Below the pieces are notes generated by a model, which worked only from the letters and a program-made list of their open reading frames with translations, did not search any database and was not told where the DNA came from. 64,000 nucleotides of DNA. Source: an uncultured Alphaproteobacteria bacterium. GTDB taxonomy: Bacteria; Pseudomonadota; Alphaproteobacteria; Sphingomonadales; SMXR01. Positions 27,931-37,129 of the stretch are shown here, one piece after another. The position numbers and the translations under genes are program-made. Positions within the stretch are counted from its first letter, which is position 1. The number at the start of each line of letters is the position of its first letter. Location: contig CAKZLM010000083.1 of the NCBI GenBank assembly GCA_937126915.1, positions 1,185-65,184 on the forward strand, read 5' to 3'.

Positions 27931-30726
27931 ATGAAAAGTTTTAAATTGGCTCGATCAATTGGTGGGGCACTTGTCCTTTCCGCCCTGTTCGTCACGGCCG
28001 TTTTTGCTCAACAAATGGGGCAATTACCAGCAGGAATGTTGCCTGATGCTGCAGGACAGTTAATTAGAGGGCCGCAAATCACGCCTTCCCCTCTAGATCA
28101 GGCAAGACTAGATCGTTTGCAGGAGACCCCTTTTCAAAGAGCAATGAGAGAGTTTCAACCTGCTTCAGCCATTGAAAAGCTATACCGTCAGCGATTGGGT
28201 ATGGTGCTGGAGAATATTCCGCCACAACAACCTGGTACAAAGCCTGATCCGGCAATTATAGCCTTAAATGAAGGTAAGCGCTCTGCAATCTCTCAGTTTG
28301 GTTATGATGTTTTTGCCGGGGTTAATTATCCGCTTGAAAATGTAAGTGGCAGCATCCCTGATAGTTATACTTTGGGTGTTGGTGATGAGTTAGTGATTTA
28401 TCTTAAAGGTGCTGAAGATCGCAGTTTCATTACGGCAATTGATCGTGAGGGGCGCTTCATTATTCCTCGCATTGAACCAATTATGGCGGCAGGATTAAGT
28501 TTGGGTGAATTTAAGACTCTTATTAAAGCTGCGGTAGAGGAAGTTTTATTAGGTGTTGAAGTATCAGTCTCTATGGGTAGCTTGCGCAACATTACAGCCT
28601 ATGTGTTTGGGGAGGTAAGAAACCCAGGTGCATTCTTAATGACCAGTTATTCTACGCCACTTGAGGCTCTTGCTGCTGCTGCGGGTATTTCTAAAACAGG
28701 TACGCTTCGCGGCATTAAAGTTATATTCGGTGACGATTGTTCTGTTGCTGGTAACTGTCACACGCTAGACCTATATGAGCTAATGACCACTGGCAAAGGC
28801 GCAGACATTCGTTTGAAAGATGGCGTACGTATTGTTGTGCCTAAGCTTGGTAAAACTGTTGCCGTTGCTGGTGATGTTGTGGTCCCAGGTATTTATGAAA
28901 TGCCTTATGGCAAATCTGAGGTTTCGGCTAATGAATTAATCGCTTATGCTGGTGGCACCATTCGTCCACGTGGTTTTGATGTTGATCATTATCGCATTGG
29001 TGATGATGGCGCTGATCAGTTAGATGCCTTTGAAAGCCTCAATAACACTGTTGAAGCTTTTGACATTTTGGATGTGAAGCCTAAAACTTTGGCAACAGCT
29101 GGTCAGGTTTCACTAACTGGTGAAGTTGCCTACGATGGTACACGGCCATTAAACACTAATAAAACTTTGGCTGCTTTGGTTAGTTCGCGTGATGATTTAG
29201 GTGAAGACCCTTATCTGCCATTTGCCGTTTTAGAGACCACAGACAAGCAATCGAAGGCGCGTATCTATGAAGGTGTTAATCTAGAGCATACGCTTGCAGG
29301 TGTGAGCGATTATGCCTTGCAAGATCGTGATCGTTTGTATGTTTTGAACGCTGATGATATTGCCTTCTTATCAGAGCCTGCTTTACGTGATACGTTGATC
29401 AGTGGTGTTAACAGAACTGTTTGTACGGCACTAGATCATTTGGCTGATTATACCAAATTGGTTGATAATCAGCGCTTTACAGCCGTTAACCGCAGTGTGT
29501 TTGTGACCAGTGCTATTCGCGGTGCAAATTACAGTGGCAATAGTGAAGCACAAATTTTGCAAAGTGAATCAGCGTCATTGGAAGTGCAGAATAATAAGCA
29601 AATGGCGCAAGGAAACTTAAGCCCTGAGCAAATTGCACTACAAGAAAAAGCTAGAGAACAAGCAACAGCTGACTTCTGCTCACCATTGTTTGAGCGTAAC
29701 CCTAAGTTATTGCCGTATGTTCTAGAAAATGCTGTTTCCTTGTTGGGTGCGGTTCGTCGTCCGGGCGTTTACCCAGTTTCAGCTGATTCTTCTATGGCCT
29801 CAGTCATCGGTGTTGGTGGTGGTTTTGCCTCTAACGCTGATATGAGCCAAGTTGAGCTTATGACGTTCGGCAGTTCCGCTGATGAAGGTGCCGCTAGCAC
29901 GACTTATTATAACACAGCGAACATGTCGCTTGAAGCAGTAGCGGTTCCTGTGCGTTCTAGCATTCGTGTGCCAAATGTGGTGTCTGAGGAAGAGCCAGGT
30001 TCTGTTCTTCTAACAGGTGAATTTAATCGCCCAGGTCTTTATACCATTCGTAAAGGTGAAACCCTTAGCCAGTTAATTCAGCGCGCTGGCGGTCTAAGTC
30101 GCTTTGCCTACCCTTACGGTGCCGTAATGACTCGTCGTGCGGTGGCTGAACAACAGCGTGAAGGTTTTGCTCGTGCATCGCGTGAGATTAATAATGCCTT
30201 GGCGTCTGCCGCGATTAAAGCTGATCTAAGTGGTGATGCCTTGAGTGCAGTTTCTGCCCTTGCCAATGACTTAGCAACGGTTGATGCCCTTGGCCGTATG
30301 GTTGTTGAAGCTGATCCGGCTGACCTTTTATCGAAAGGTGAGCTTGATACAATTCTAGAAGCGGGTGACCGCATCCACATGCCAAAACGTCCTAGCTATG
30401 TTTTGGTGGCGGGTGATGTTCTTAATCCGGGTGCTTTGCGTTTTGAACCAGGCCGCAATGTGGAAGATTATCTTGCCCAAGCAGGCGGTATGACCATGGT
30501 TGCTGATGATGACCGTGTGTTTGTTGTTTACCCGAACGGTGTGGCGCAGCCTGTGTCACTGTCGGCGTGGAGCAGCAACACAGACCCACTACCGCCAGGA
30601 ACAACGATTGTTGTGCCAAAGGACATGGATCCATTTACATTGCTTGAAATTTCACGTGAAATTTCACAGGTTCTTTCAAGCTTAGCGGTTTCAATTGCCT
30701 CACTATCGGTTATCGCAGGCAACTAA
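27931..30726 (+). CDS. outer-membrane polysaccharide export (OPX, Wza-like) protein with multiple SLBB domains
   Basis: It starts at MKSFKLARS.. with a signal peptide. A Poly_export-like N-region (YTLGVGDELVIYL) is followed by at least 5 SLBB-type G.V..PG.Y motifs (GEVRNPGAF, GDVVVPGIYEM, GAVRRPGVYPV, GEFNRPGLYTI, GDVLNPGALRF) and a hydrophobic C-terminal helix. Confidence 0.8.
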   Translation: MKSFKLARSIGGALVLSALFVTAVFAQQMGQLPAGMLPDAAGQLIRGPQITPSPLDQARLDRLQETPFQRAMREFQPASAIEKLYRQRLGMVLENIPPQQPGTKPDPAIIALNEGKRSAISQFGYDVFAGVNYPLENVSGSIPDSYTLGVGDELVIYLKGAEDRSFITAIDREGRFIIPRIEPIMAAGLSLGEFKTLIKAAVEEVLLGVEVSVSMGSLRNITAYVFGEVRNPGAFLMTSYSTPLEALAAAAGISKTGTLRGIKVIFGDDCSVAGNCHTLDLYELMTTGKGADIRLKDGVRIVVPKLGKTVAVAGDVVVPGIYEMPYGKSEVSANELIAYAGGTIRPRGFDVDHYRIGDDGADQLDAFESLNNTVEAFDILDVKPKTLATAGQVSLTGEVAYDGTRPLNTNKTLAALVSSRDDLGEDPYLPFAVLETTDKQSKARIYEGVNLEHTLAGVSDYALQDRDRLYVLNADDIAFLSEPALRDTLISGVNRTVCTALDHLADYTKLVDNQRFTAVNRSVFVTSAIRGANYSGNSEAQILQSESASLEVQNNKQMAQGNLSPEQIALQEKAREQATADFCSPLFERNPKLLPYVLENAVSLLGAVRRPGVYPVSADSSMASVIGVGGGFASNADMSQVELMTFGSSADEGAASTTYYNTANMSLEAVAVPVRSSIRVPNVVSEEEPGSVLLTGEFNRPGLYTIRKGETLSQLIQRAGGLSRFAYPYGAVMTRRAVAEQQREGFARASREINNALASAAIKADLSGDALSAVSALANDLATVDALGRMVVEADPADLLSKGELDTILEAGDRIHMPKRPSYVLVAGDVLNPGALRFEPGRNVEDYLAQAGGMTMVADDDRVFVVYPNGVAQPVSLSAWSSNTDPLPPGTTIVVPKDMDPFTLLEISREISQVLSSLAVSIASLSVIAGN

Positions 30727-30751
30727 GATTCGCATAAAAATGATTGTAAGA

Positions 30752-30777
30752 GGGGAGCATTATGCTCCCCTTTTTTT
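30752..30777 (+). terminator. intrinsic terminator of the OPX gene
   Basis: GGGGAGCA (30752-30759) / TGCTCCCC (30763-30770) followed by T7. Confidence 0.8.
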
Positions 30778-30911
30778 GTTGTCAGCCTTGATTCACGTGC
30801 AAATCATTGCTTGAAATGAACTCGTCGCTGGGTGATCAATTTTTTTTGGCTTTTTGCGCATTTTCTTCTTTACAAGGCAGGGGACTTATGGTTATTTGCG
30901 CCCACTTCTGA

Positions 30912-30986
30912 TGGGGCGTCGCCAAGTGGTAAGGCACCGGTTTTTGGTATCGGCATTCGCAGGTTCGAATCCTGCCGCCCCAGCCA
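30912..30986 (+). tRNA. tRNA-Gln (anticodon UUG), CCA encoded
   Basis: The cloverleaf reads by hand as acceptor TGGGGCG/CGCCCCA, D-arm GCC..GGC, anticodon stem CCGGT/ATCGG with loop TTTTGGT, and T-arm GCAGG-TTCGAAT-CCTGC. It is nearly identical in layout to E. coli tRNA-Gln. Confidence 0.95.
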
Positions 30987-31150
30987 CTCTCTTCCTAGAC
31001 AATTTTTCTTTAAAACACAGCCAGCTATCATATGGCTTTGATGTTCATTTATTATCTATTCCTCGATCGCGCCTATTTCTCAAAAAAGCGTGGCGCTTTT
31101 TAGGGCAAATGGCTATAGTCCCCATTGCACTTTATTTAGGGGGATTCTAG

Positions 31151-33283
31151 ATGACGATAAAGTCGATATTTGTTGGTATTTTTTCTTTGTTTGCGGTTGT
31201 GGTAACCACGTCACCTTTAAAGGCGCAATCAAACGATATGTCGTTAGACGAACTTTATGCATGGCCAAATATGATTGGTACCACGCCGCGTAATCCAGCA
31301 TGGTCTGCGGATGGTCAAAAAATCGCCTTTCTTTGGAATGACGAAGGTTATCATTTCCGTGATGTGTGGGTTTATGACACTGCAACAGGTGAGAAATCCC
31401 GTTTAACCAACCTAGACCCTAATCACCAACAATCAGAATTGCATCAAGGTGTTGGCGGAGTTGAGTGGTTGTCAGCGACAAGTCTAGTCTATAGTCTTAA
31501 TGGCAGTTTAACTAGAGTTTCCCTTGATGGTGCCTCAAGTGCCTTTTTGCCTGAACAAAAAGTTGCTCGTGCCCTAGAAACATCGCCGGATGGTCAAAAA
31601 CTCGCCTTTGTATCAGATGGTGATTTGTGGGTTTTTGATATCGCATCAGGTGAGGCTCAGTCCCTTGTTGTTTATGATAACCCTAAACAATATATCCTTA
31701 ACTTTCTGTGGTCTTATGACAGCAGCCATATTGCCTTTCAAATGACCGATGATAGCCCTAAAGTGGTTCGCGATGTTATTTATCAAAAGGGCGATGAGCG
31801 GGTTGTTGAACCTGTGTCGCGCGCCTATCCGGGCGAAGACACATCAGATTTTGCTGTCGGAATGGTGACCATGGGCGGGGACGTTACCATGTTTGAGCGC
31901 CCTGATATGCGCCATCATATCTGGGGCTATGGCATATCGTCGGATAATAAACGATTGTTTATTAACAGCAGTGACATGCAAATTAAATATCACAGCATTT
32001 ATATGTATGACACCGCAACAGGTCAGCGCGAAACCTTTTACCAAGAGCATGACCCCAAGCATACCCGACCTGATTGGCGCGCTGCATGGGCCCCCAATGA
32101 CGATGGTTTGATTATTTTGACAGACCGTGATGGTTATTTGCATCTTTATCATCAAAAAACAGCGGGGGGTGAGTTGCGCCAAATTACTAACGGCACGTGG
32201 GAGATATTCTCGTTTGATGTTGACCGCGCCAATGGCACTGCCTATTTCATCGCCAATAAATCAGCCCTTGAAGAACAATTGCTTTACCGCGTGCCATTGG
32301 CTGGTGGTGAGGTTGAGATGGTTAGCCCGGCAACATCAGGTACCCATGTTGTTAGCTTCAATGATGACTTTAGCCGCGTGGCCAGTATTTATTCAAACGA
32401 CACAACGCCTATTGAATTATACGACCTTGATTTGGCGATAAATTCTTTCACACAGGTAACCCAGTCACCCCGTGATAATTTTTATGATCAGCCATGGACC
32501 CCTGTGGTTTACGAGCGCTTTAAAAGCCGTCTTGATGGTATTGAACTAAACGCCCGCATTACCTTGCCCAAAGACTTTAAAGAAGGTCAGCGCTATCCGT
32601 TGATCGTTGGGTCGGTTTATTCTGATAGTGTGCGCAATCAATATGGTGGCCGCATTTATCACCCAACGGGACGCTTTGATCAATATATGGCCCACAAGGG
32701 CTATATCGTGATGAATGTTAATATTCGTGGCAGCTGGGGGCAGGGTCGTGAACACACCAACAGCCAGCTTCATGGGTACGGTGTTAAGGATATTGAAGAC
32801 CTGCACAGCGGGGTCGAGCATTTGATCAACAAAGGTTGGGTCGATGCTGACCGTGTTGGTATTTGGGGGTCTAGCTATGGCGGTTTGATGACCATGCATT
32901 CACTGTTTAAGAAACCGGGCGTTTATGCCGCTGGTGTGGCGGGTGCCCCTGCCACCAATGTGCGCCATGCTTATCCAGCACAAATGTGGATCATGGGCCC
33001 GCATGATGGCGATGATCAACCAGAACGCTACAATGCGCAATCAGCCAAGTTTCACACTGATGGCTTAGAAGATGCCTTAATGATCATTCACGGCACCCGT
33101 GATAGCGTGGTGATGTATTCTGACACCATTGATGTGGCTGAACGCTTGATGAAGGCTGAAAAAGACTTTGAGCTGGTAACCCTTCCTGGTGTGGGTCATG
33201 GTTGGGACGCGGAACATGCCGATGTTCGTCGCTTTGCCTTTGAAAAAATGGTTAAGTTCTTTGACGAGCATTTGAAGAAATAA
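31151..33283 (+). CDS. S9-family serine peptidase (DPP-IV / prolyl-oligopeptidase-like), exported
   Basis: 710 aa with a signal peptide, an N-terminal beta-propeller region and a C-terminal alpha/beta domain carrying GSSYGGLM (Ser) and a later ..PGVGHGW (His). Confidence 0.88.
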   Translation: MTIKSIFVGIFSLFAVVVTTSPLKAQSNDMSLDELYAWPNMIGTTPRNPAWSADGQKIAFLWNDEGYHFRDVWVYDTATGEKSRLTNLDPNHQQSELHQGVGGVEWLSATSLVYSLNGSLTRVSLDGASSAFLPEQKVARALETSPDGQKLAFVSDGDLWVFDIASGEAQSLVVYDNPKQYILNFLWSYDSSHIAFQMTDDSPKVVRDVIYQKGDERVVEPVSRAYPGEDTSDFAVGMVTMGGDVTMFERPDMRHHIWGYGISSDNKRLFINSSDMQIKYHSIYMYDTATGQRETFYQEHDPKHTRPDWRAAWAPNDDGLIILTDRDGYLHLYHQKTAGGELRQITNGTWEIFSFDVDRANGTAYFIANKSALEEQLLYRVPLAGGEVEMVSPATSGTHVVSFNDDFSRVASIYSNDTTPIELYDLDLAINSFTQVTQSPRDNFYDQPWTPVVYERFKSRLDGIELNARITLPKDFKEGQRYPLIVGSVYSDSVRNQYGGRIYHPTGRFDQYMAHKGYIVMNVNIRGSWGQGREHTNSQLHGYGVKDIEDLHSGVEHLINKGWVDADRVGIWGSSYGGLMTMHSLFKKPGVYAAGVAGAPATNVRHAYPAQMWIMGPHDGDDQPERYNAQSAKFHTDGLEDALMIIHGTRDSVVMYSDTIDVAERLMKAEKDFELVTLPGVGHGWDAEHADVRRFAFEKMVKFFDEHLKK

Positions 33284-33467
33284 CCAACATCCACCCTAAT
33301 CAAAATTTGTTTAAGGCATTATCAGGTTTTCATTTGATGGTGCCTTAAGTTCTTATAATCCTACCTTGTAGGCAAAATTAAGCCATAGACACCAACTAGG
33401 CAGCAACATAGTGAGCGTGACTTTATCAGAGGTCGCGTAGAGACTGGTTATTGATTATGCCCGTAAG

Positions 33468-33501
33468 AAAAGGCGCCATCCGATGGGATAGCGCCTTTTT
33501 T
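33468..33501. terminator. bidirectional intrinsic terminator between convergent peptidase and amidohydrolase genes
   Basis: AGGCGC (33471-33476) / GCGCCT (33491-33496) has an internal mini-stem. T-runs follow on both strands. Confidence 0.7.
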
Positions 33502-33562
33502 ATTATTTTTAACAGTCATTAAAATCGTTGGTGCCTATATAGGATCGCCTATTTTGGACCGC

Positions 33563-36500
33563 TTATTCTGGACCCATGTCATGGAACCATAATTTAGGCA
33601 GTGGCTTTTGTTCAGGATATACCTGATCAAGCGTGTCGCCCTCATATAGGCGGCCATTCATCATCACATAATCAATGGCAGCGGTGTTCTTAATGTCTTC
33701 CAGTGGATTTTTGTTTAAGACCACAAGGTCAGCAAACTTACCAGCTTCAATGCTGCCTACTTCGTCGCAATGTCCAATGATGGTGGCACCATCAATGGTG
33801 GCGGCTTTTAGCACTTCCATTGGCTCGGCATTGCCCGCGGCAAGGGCCCACATTTCCCAGTGATAACCAAGGCCTTGCAATTGACCGTGGCTACCCACAC
33901 CAATAAGACCACCGGCACGTTGAACATCCAAAGCGCTTTCAGCAATGCGCGGGAAGACATGCTCTTCATCGCGGAACCATTGGCGGCGCTTGGTGCTTTG
34001 GTCCACCACATGGTGCGGTGTAAAGCGGTTTAGCTTAGGGTCGTCATGGGGACTTTGGCGGGTATAGAAATAATTCTCTGCCCATGGACCACCATAAGAC
34101 ACCAACAAGGTTGGGGTATAACCAATGCCTGACTGCGCGGTCAACTCAATCACGTCTTTATAAAGCGGCACCACTGGTAATGAATGTTCGTTACCAGCAA
34201 AGCCGTCAATGGTGTGGGTTAGATCTAATTTTAGATCCAAGGCACCCTCAGTGGTTGGCATCATGCCTAATTCTTTAGAGGCTTGGATGATAAAATGACG
34301 TTGCTTACGGTTACCAGAAACATAGGCTTTGATGTTTTTGGTGCGGTAAAAATCACGGTATTTCTGCAGCACCATTTTGGCATGTTCTTTTGACTTAAAG
34401 TCATGATCAGAGAATACACCCGGCCCCGTTGACCACGCACGAATGCCAATGGCTTTACCCGCCTCAAACATATCTTGATAAACAAATTGATGGTTGGTTC
34501 CTGTTTGTACATCAAGGCCAGAGGTTACGCCATAAGCAAGGTTGGCAAGATAACTCCAGCTATAATTGTCAATCACGCCATTGGTTTGCCATGCGCGCCA
34601 GTGGGCGTGGGTGTCAATATAGCCCGGCGTAATGAACTTGCCGGTCATATCACGCACCTCAGCGTCTTGTGGTACATCAAGGCTGCCTTTGGCACCAACT
34701 GCGATGATTTTATTATCAATCACCAAGATATCAGCATTTTCAATAACGCCGTCATCTCCCATGGTAATGGCGGTGGCACCAGTTAAAAGGACAGTACCAC
34801 TAGGAACATCGCGCGGCACGGACACTTCAGCCACAAAGGTTTCAACGCTTTCATCCACCAAAGGAGTTGGTGTTACTTCTTCTGATGCCTCATCACTAGT
34901 ATCTGTATCCTCAGTGGCGGTTTCTTCACCATCTTCTTTATCAGCTTCGTCGCCTTGCTTTTCAGGTTTTTTAGGAGCTTCAAAGTTAATGTCAGCAATG
35001 GCTTGGCGATAGAAATGGTTGCCAATAGCCCAGAAAATTTCATCACCATCTTCTGAAAAGCCGAAATAATCAGCGCCCACTTTGGTCACTTGTTTGGATG
35101 GCACCTTGGCAGCGTTTACGTTCACTTCCAAAGCTTTGTCATCAACACTGGTGACAGCGGCAAGATGCAGCTGGTTGCTGGCAATGGCTAAAACCCATTT
35201 GCCATCAGGGCTTAAACGGCTGTCACGGGCGGGAACTGGGCCCGTGGCACTATAAAAGCCATTACCTTTAACGGCCACATGGCTGCGTTTGTCGCTGCCG
35301 TCCAACTTAATGGATGTGATGCCGCCACCTGAATGCATATAAACGCGGTCATTTTCTTTGGAGAAATGTGGTCCAGAAATACCTGAGGCAGGATAAATGA
35401 CATCCGCAGCACCGCCATTGGCGGAAAGCTTAATGAGGTCAGCTTGGCGTTCCTGCCCACTTTGTAAATATTCATATTGGCTGGCCCGAATGGCTACGAT
35501 CTGGTCGTCGCCCGGTGTGAATTTAGGTTCGGTATAATAACCTTTGGTGCGGGTTAGGCGGGTGGGTTGGCCCGTGCCATCGGCGCGGGTTTTCCAAATA
35601 TGACCACCATCAGGATGCCATGTCACAAAGGTAATCCACTGACCATCGCCAGAATAGCTGGGCATAAAGGCTTGCTCAGGTGTGCTGGGCAGTTTTTGTG
35701 GCTTGGTACCTTGTTGCAGGGTCATGCGATATAATTCACCAAGGGCCGAGAAAGCAATGCTGCCGCCATCAGGCGCCATATCCGGTGTTTGGATAATGCG
35801 GGCAATCACAGGGCCTTCAGGGTCTTTGTTTTGCTGAATCAAGTTTGGACCTATGTCCATTTCTACCTTGGCATTGAACGGAATGGTGGTCATTTCTTTA
35901 GTGGCCACATCAACACGAACGATTTTACCGCCAGCGGTGGTAATAACCGCGCTACCATCAGGGGTAAAGCTGTAATTAGGCAGCAAATCACGGGTCGCAC
36001 GGCTTTCTTGATCATCGCGTTGAATAGGGTATGCCAGCCAATCGTCTTCACCGGTTCTTAAATCACGAATACGTAAACCTGTTTCGGTCTCGTAACGAGT
36101 GCCATAAACAAGCTTAGTCCCATCAGGAGACAGGATAGGGCGGACAGCACTGCCATAGGCGGTGGCGATGGTGTCTTCGCGGCCCTCGTTCAAATCGCGG
36201 CGAACGATACGCCACATCGGATATTGCGCGTTATAGCTAAATCCCCCACGTTTGGTTGCGTAATAAAGGTAATTCCCATCGGGTGATGCCACGGGGCCCA
36301 TGGCATTAACCTGTTGATTGCGCGGTGTGCTAGGGCCTGAGGGTTTGCTTTTGGTGACTTGCAGGCCGCTGCCGCCATCAATGTGGTACATCCATAATTC
36401 ATAGGTGCCAAGGCCCTTTGAAAGCTGGGCAGTGATGACATATTTGCCATCGGCACTCCATGTCGGTGAGACCGCCTCGCCGGTTTTTAATTTGCTTAAT

Positions 36501-36964
36501 TTTTTAGCGTTGCTGCCATCGGCATCGGCAATCCACAAATTGTCTGATCCGTCACGGTCAGACACAAAGGCAATTTTGCTGCCGTCGGGTGAATATTTTG
36601 GTTGGCTGTCAAAAGCAACCCCTGTCATCAAGGGTTCTGCCTCGCCGCCAGTGATGGGGATGGTGTAAAAATCCCCCAGCATTTCAAAAATAATTTTGTC
36701 CCCATTGGGGTGCACATCCACCGCCAGCCATGTGCCTTCATCGGTTTCAAAGCTAACAGTGCGCTCTAATTTTAATGGCAGGTCTTTGTTGTCGCTGTTT
36801 TCGGCCTTTTCGCCACTGCCAGCACTTATATCACCTGCACTGCTAGAGGCGGTTGATTGGTCGCTTTGTGGGCGGCCTGTGTCGCTGGGTTTATCTAATT
36901 GTGTGTAAGCCACAGCTAATACCACGCCGATGGCAGTTCCTGCGAGTAAGGATTTCATATCCAT
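33563..36964 (-). CDS. TolB-like beta-propeller / metal-dependent amidohydrolase fusion protein, exported
   Basis: 1133 aa. It has repeated S/TPDG blades (SPDGSKIAF, SADGKYV, SPDGNYLYY, SPDGTKLVY, APDGGSIAF, SGDGQWITF, SPDGKWVL), an acidic linker, then an amidohydrolase domain with GYIDTHAHW. Confidence 0.85.
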   Translation of the reverse strand: MDMKSLLAGTAIGVVLAVAYTQLDKPSDTGRPQSDQSTASSSAGDISAGSGEKAENSDNKDLPLKLERTVSFETDEGTWLAVDVHPNGDKIIFEMLGDFYTIPITGGEAEPLMTGVAFDSQPKYSPDGSKIAFVSDRDGSDNLWIADADGSNAKKLSKLKTGEAVSPTWSADGKYVITAQLSKGLGTYELWMYHIDGGSGLQVTKSKPSGPSTPRNQQVNAMGPVASPDGNYLYYATKRGGFSYNAQYPMWRIVRRDLNEGREDTIATAYGSAVRPILSPDGTKLVYGTRYETETGLRIRDLRTGEDDWLAYPIQRDDQESRATRDLLPNYSFTPDGSAVITTAGGKIVRVDVATKEMTTIPFNAKVEMDIGPNLIQQNKDPEGPVIARIIQTPDMAPDGGSIAFSALGELYRMTLQQGTKPQKLPSTPEQAFMPSYSGDGQWITFVTWHPDGGHIWKTRADGTGQPTRLTRTKGYYTEPKFTPGDDQIVAIRASQYEYLQSGQERQADLIKLSANGGAADVIYPASGISGPHFSKENDRVYMHSGGGITSIKLDGSDKRSHVAVKGNGFYSATGPVPARDSRLSPDGKWVLAIASNQLHLAAVTSVDDKALEVNVNAAKVPSKQVTKVGADYFGFSEDGDEIFWAIGNHFYRQAIADINFEAPKKPEKQGDEADKEDGEETATEDTDTSDEASEEVTPTPLVDESVETFVAEVSVPRDVPSGTVLLTGATAITMGDDGVIENADILVIDNKIIAVGAKGSLDVPQDAEVRDMTGKFITPGYIDTHAHWRAWQTNGVIDNYSWSYLANLAYGVTSGLDVQTGTNHQFVYQDMFEAGKAIGIRAWSTGPGVFSDHDFKSKEHAKMVLQKYRDFYRTKNIKAYVSGNRKQRHFIIQASKELGMMPTTEGALDLKLDLTHTIDGFAGNEHSLPVVPLYKDVIELTAQSGIGYTPTLLVSYGGPWAENYFYTRQSPHDDPKLNRFTPHHVVDQSTKRRQWFRDEEHVFPRIAESALDVQRAGGLIGVGSHGQLQGLGYHWEMWALAAGNAEPMEVLKAATIDGATIIGHCDEVGSIEAGKFADLVVLNKNPLEDIKNTAAIDYVMMNGRLYEGDTLDQVYPEQKPLPKLWFHDMGPE

Positions 36965-37129
36965 TTTTGTTCCCCCGATTGTCGTTCATTATTCCACGTT
37001 GTCCCCTAGTAAAAAGGATTCTACAGCGTTTAGCAAGGGGGGATTCTATGCTGAAGAAATCACACGCTTGTCAGAAGGGGGATTAGGGGATAGCATTGTT
37101 TTTGTGTATATTTCATGGGGGGAGTAAGA

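Noticed and set aside
30832-31150. Two plus-strand ORFs (69 and 98 aa) around 30.83-31.15 kb.
   Set aside because: They run through the tRNA-Gln gene and its flanks, so they are spurious.
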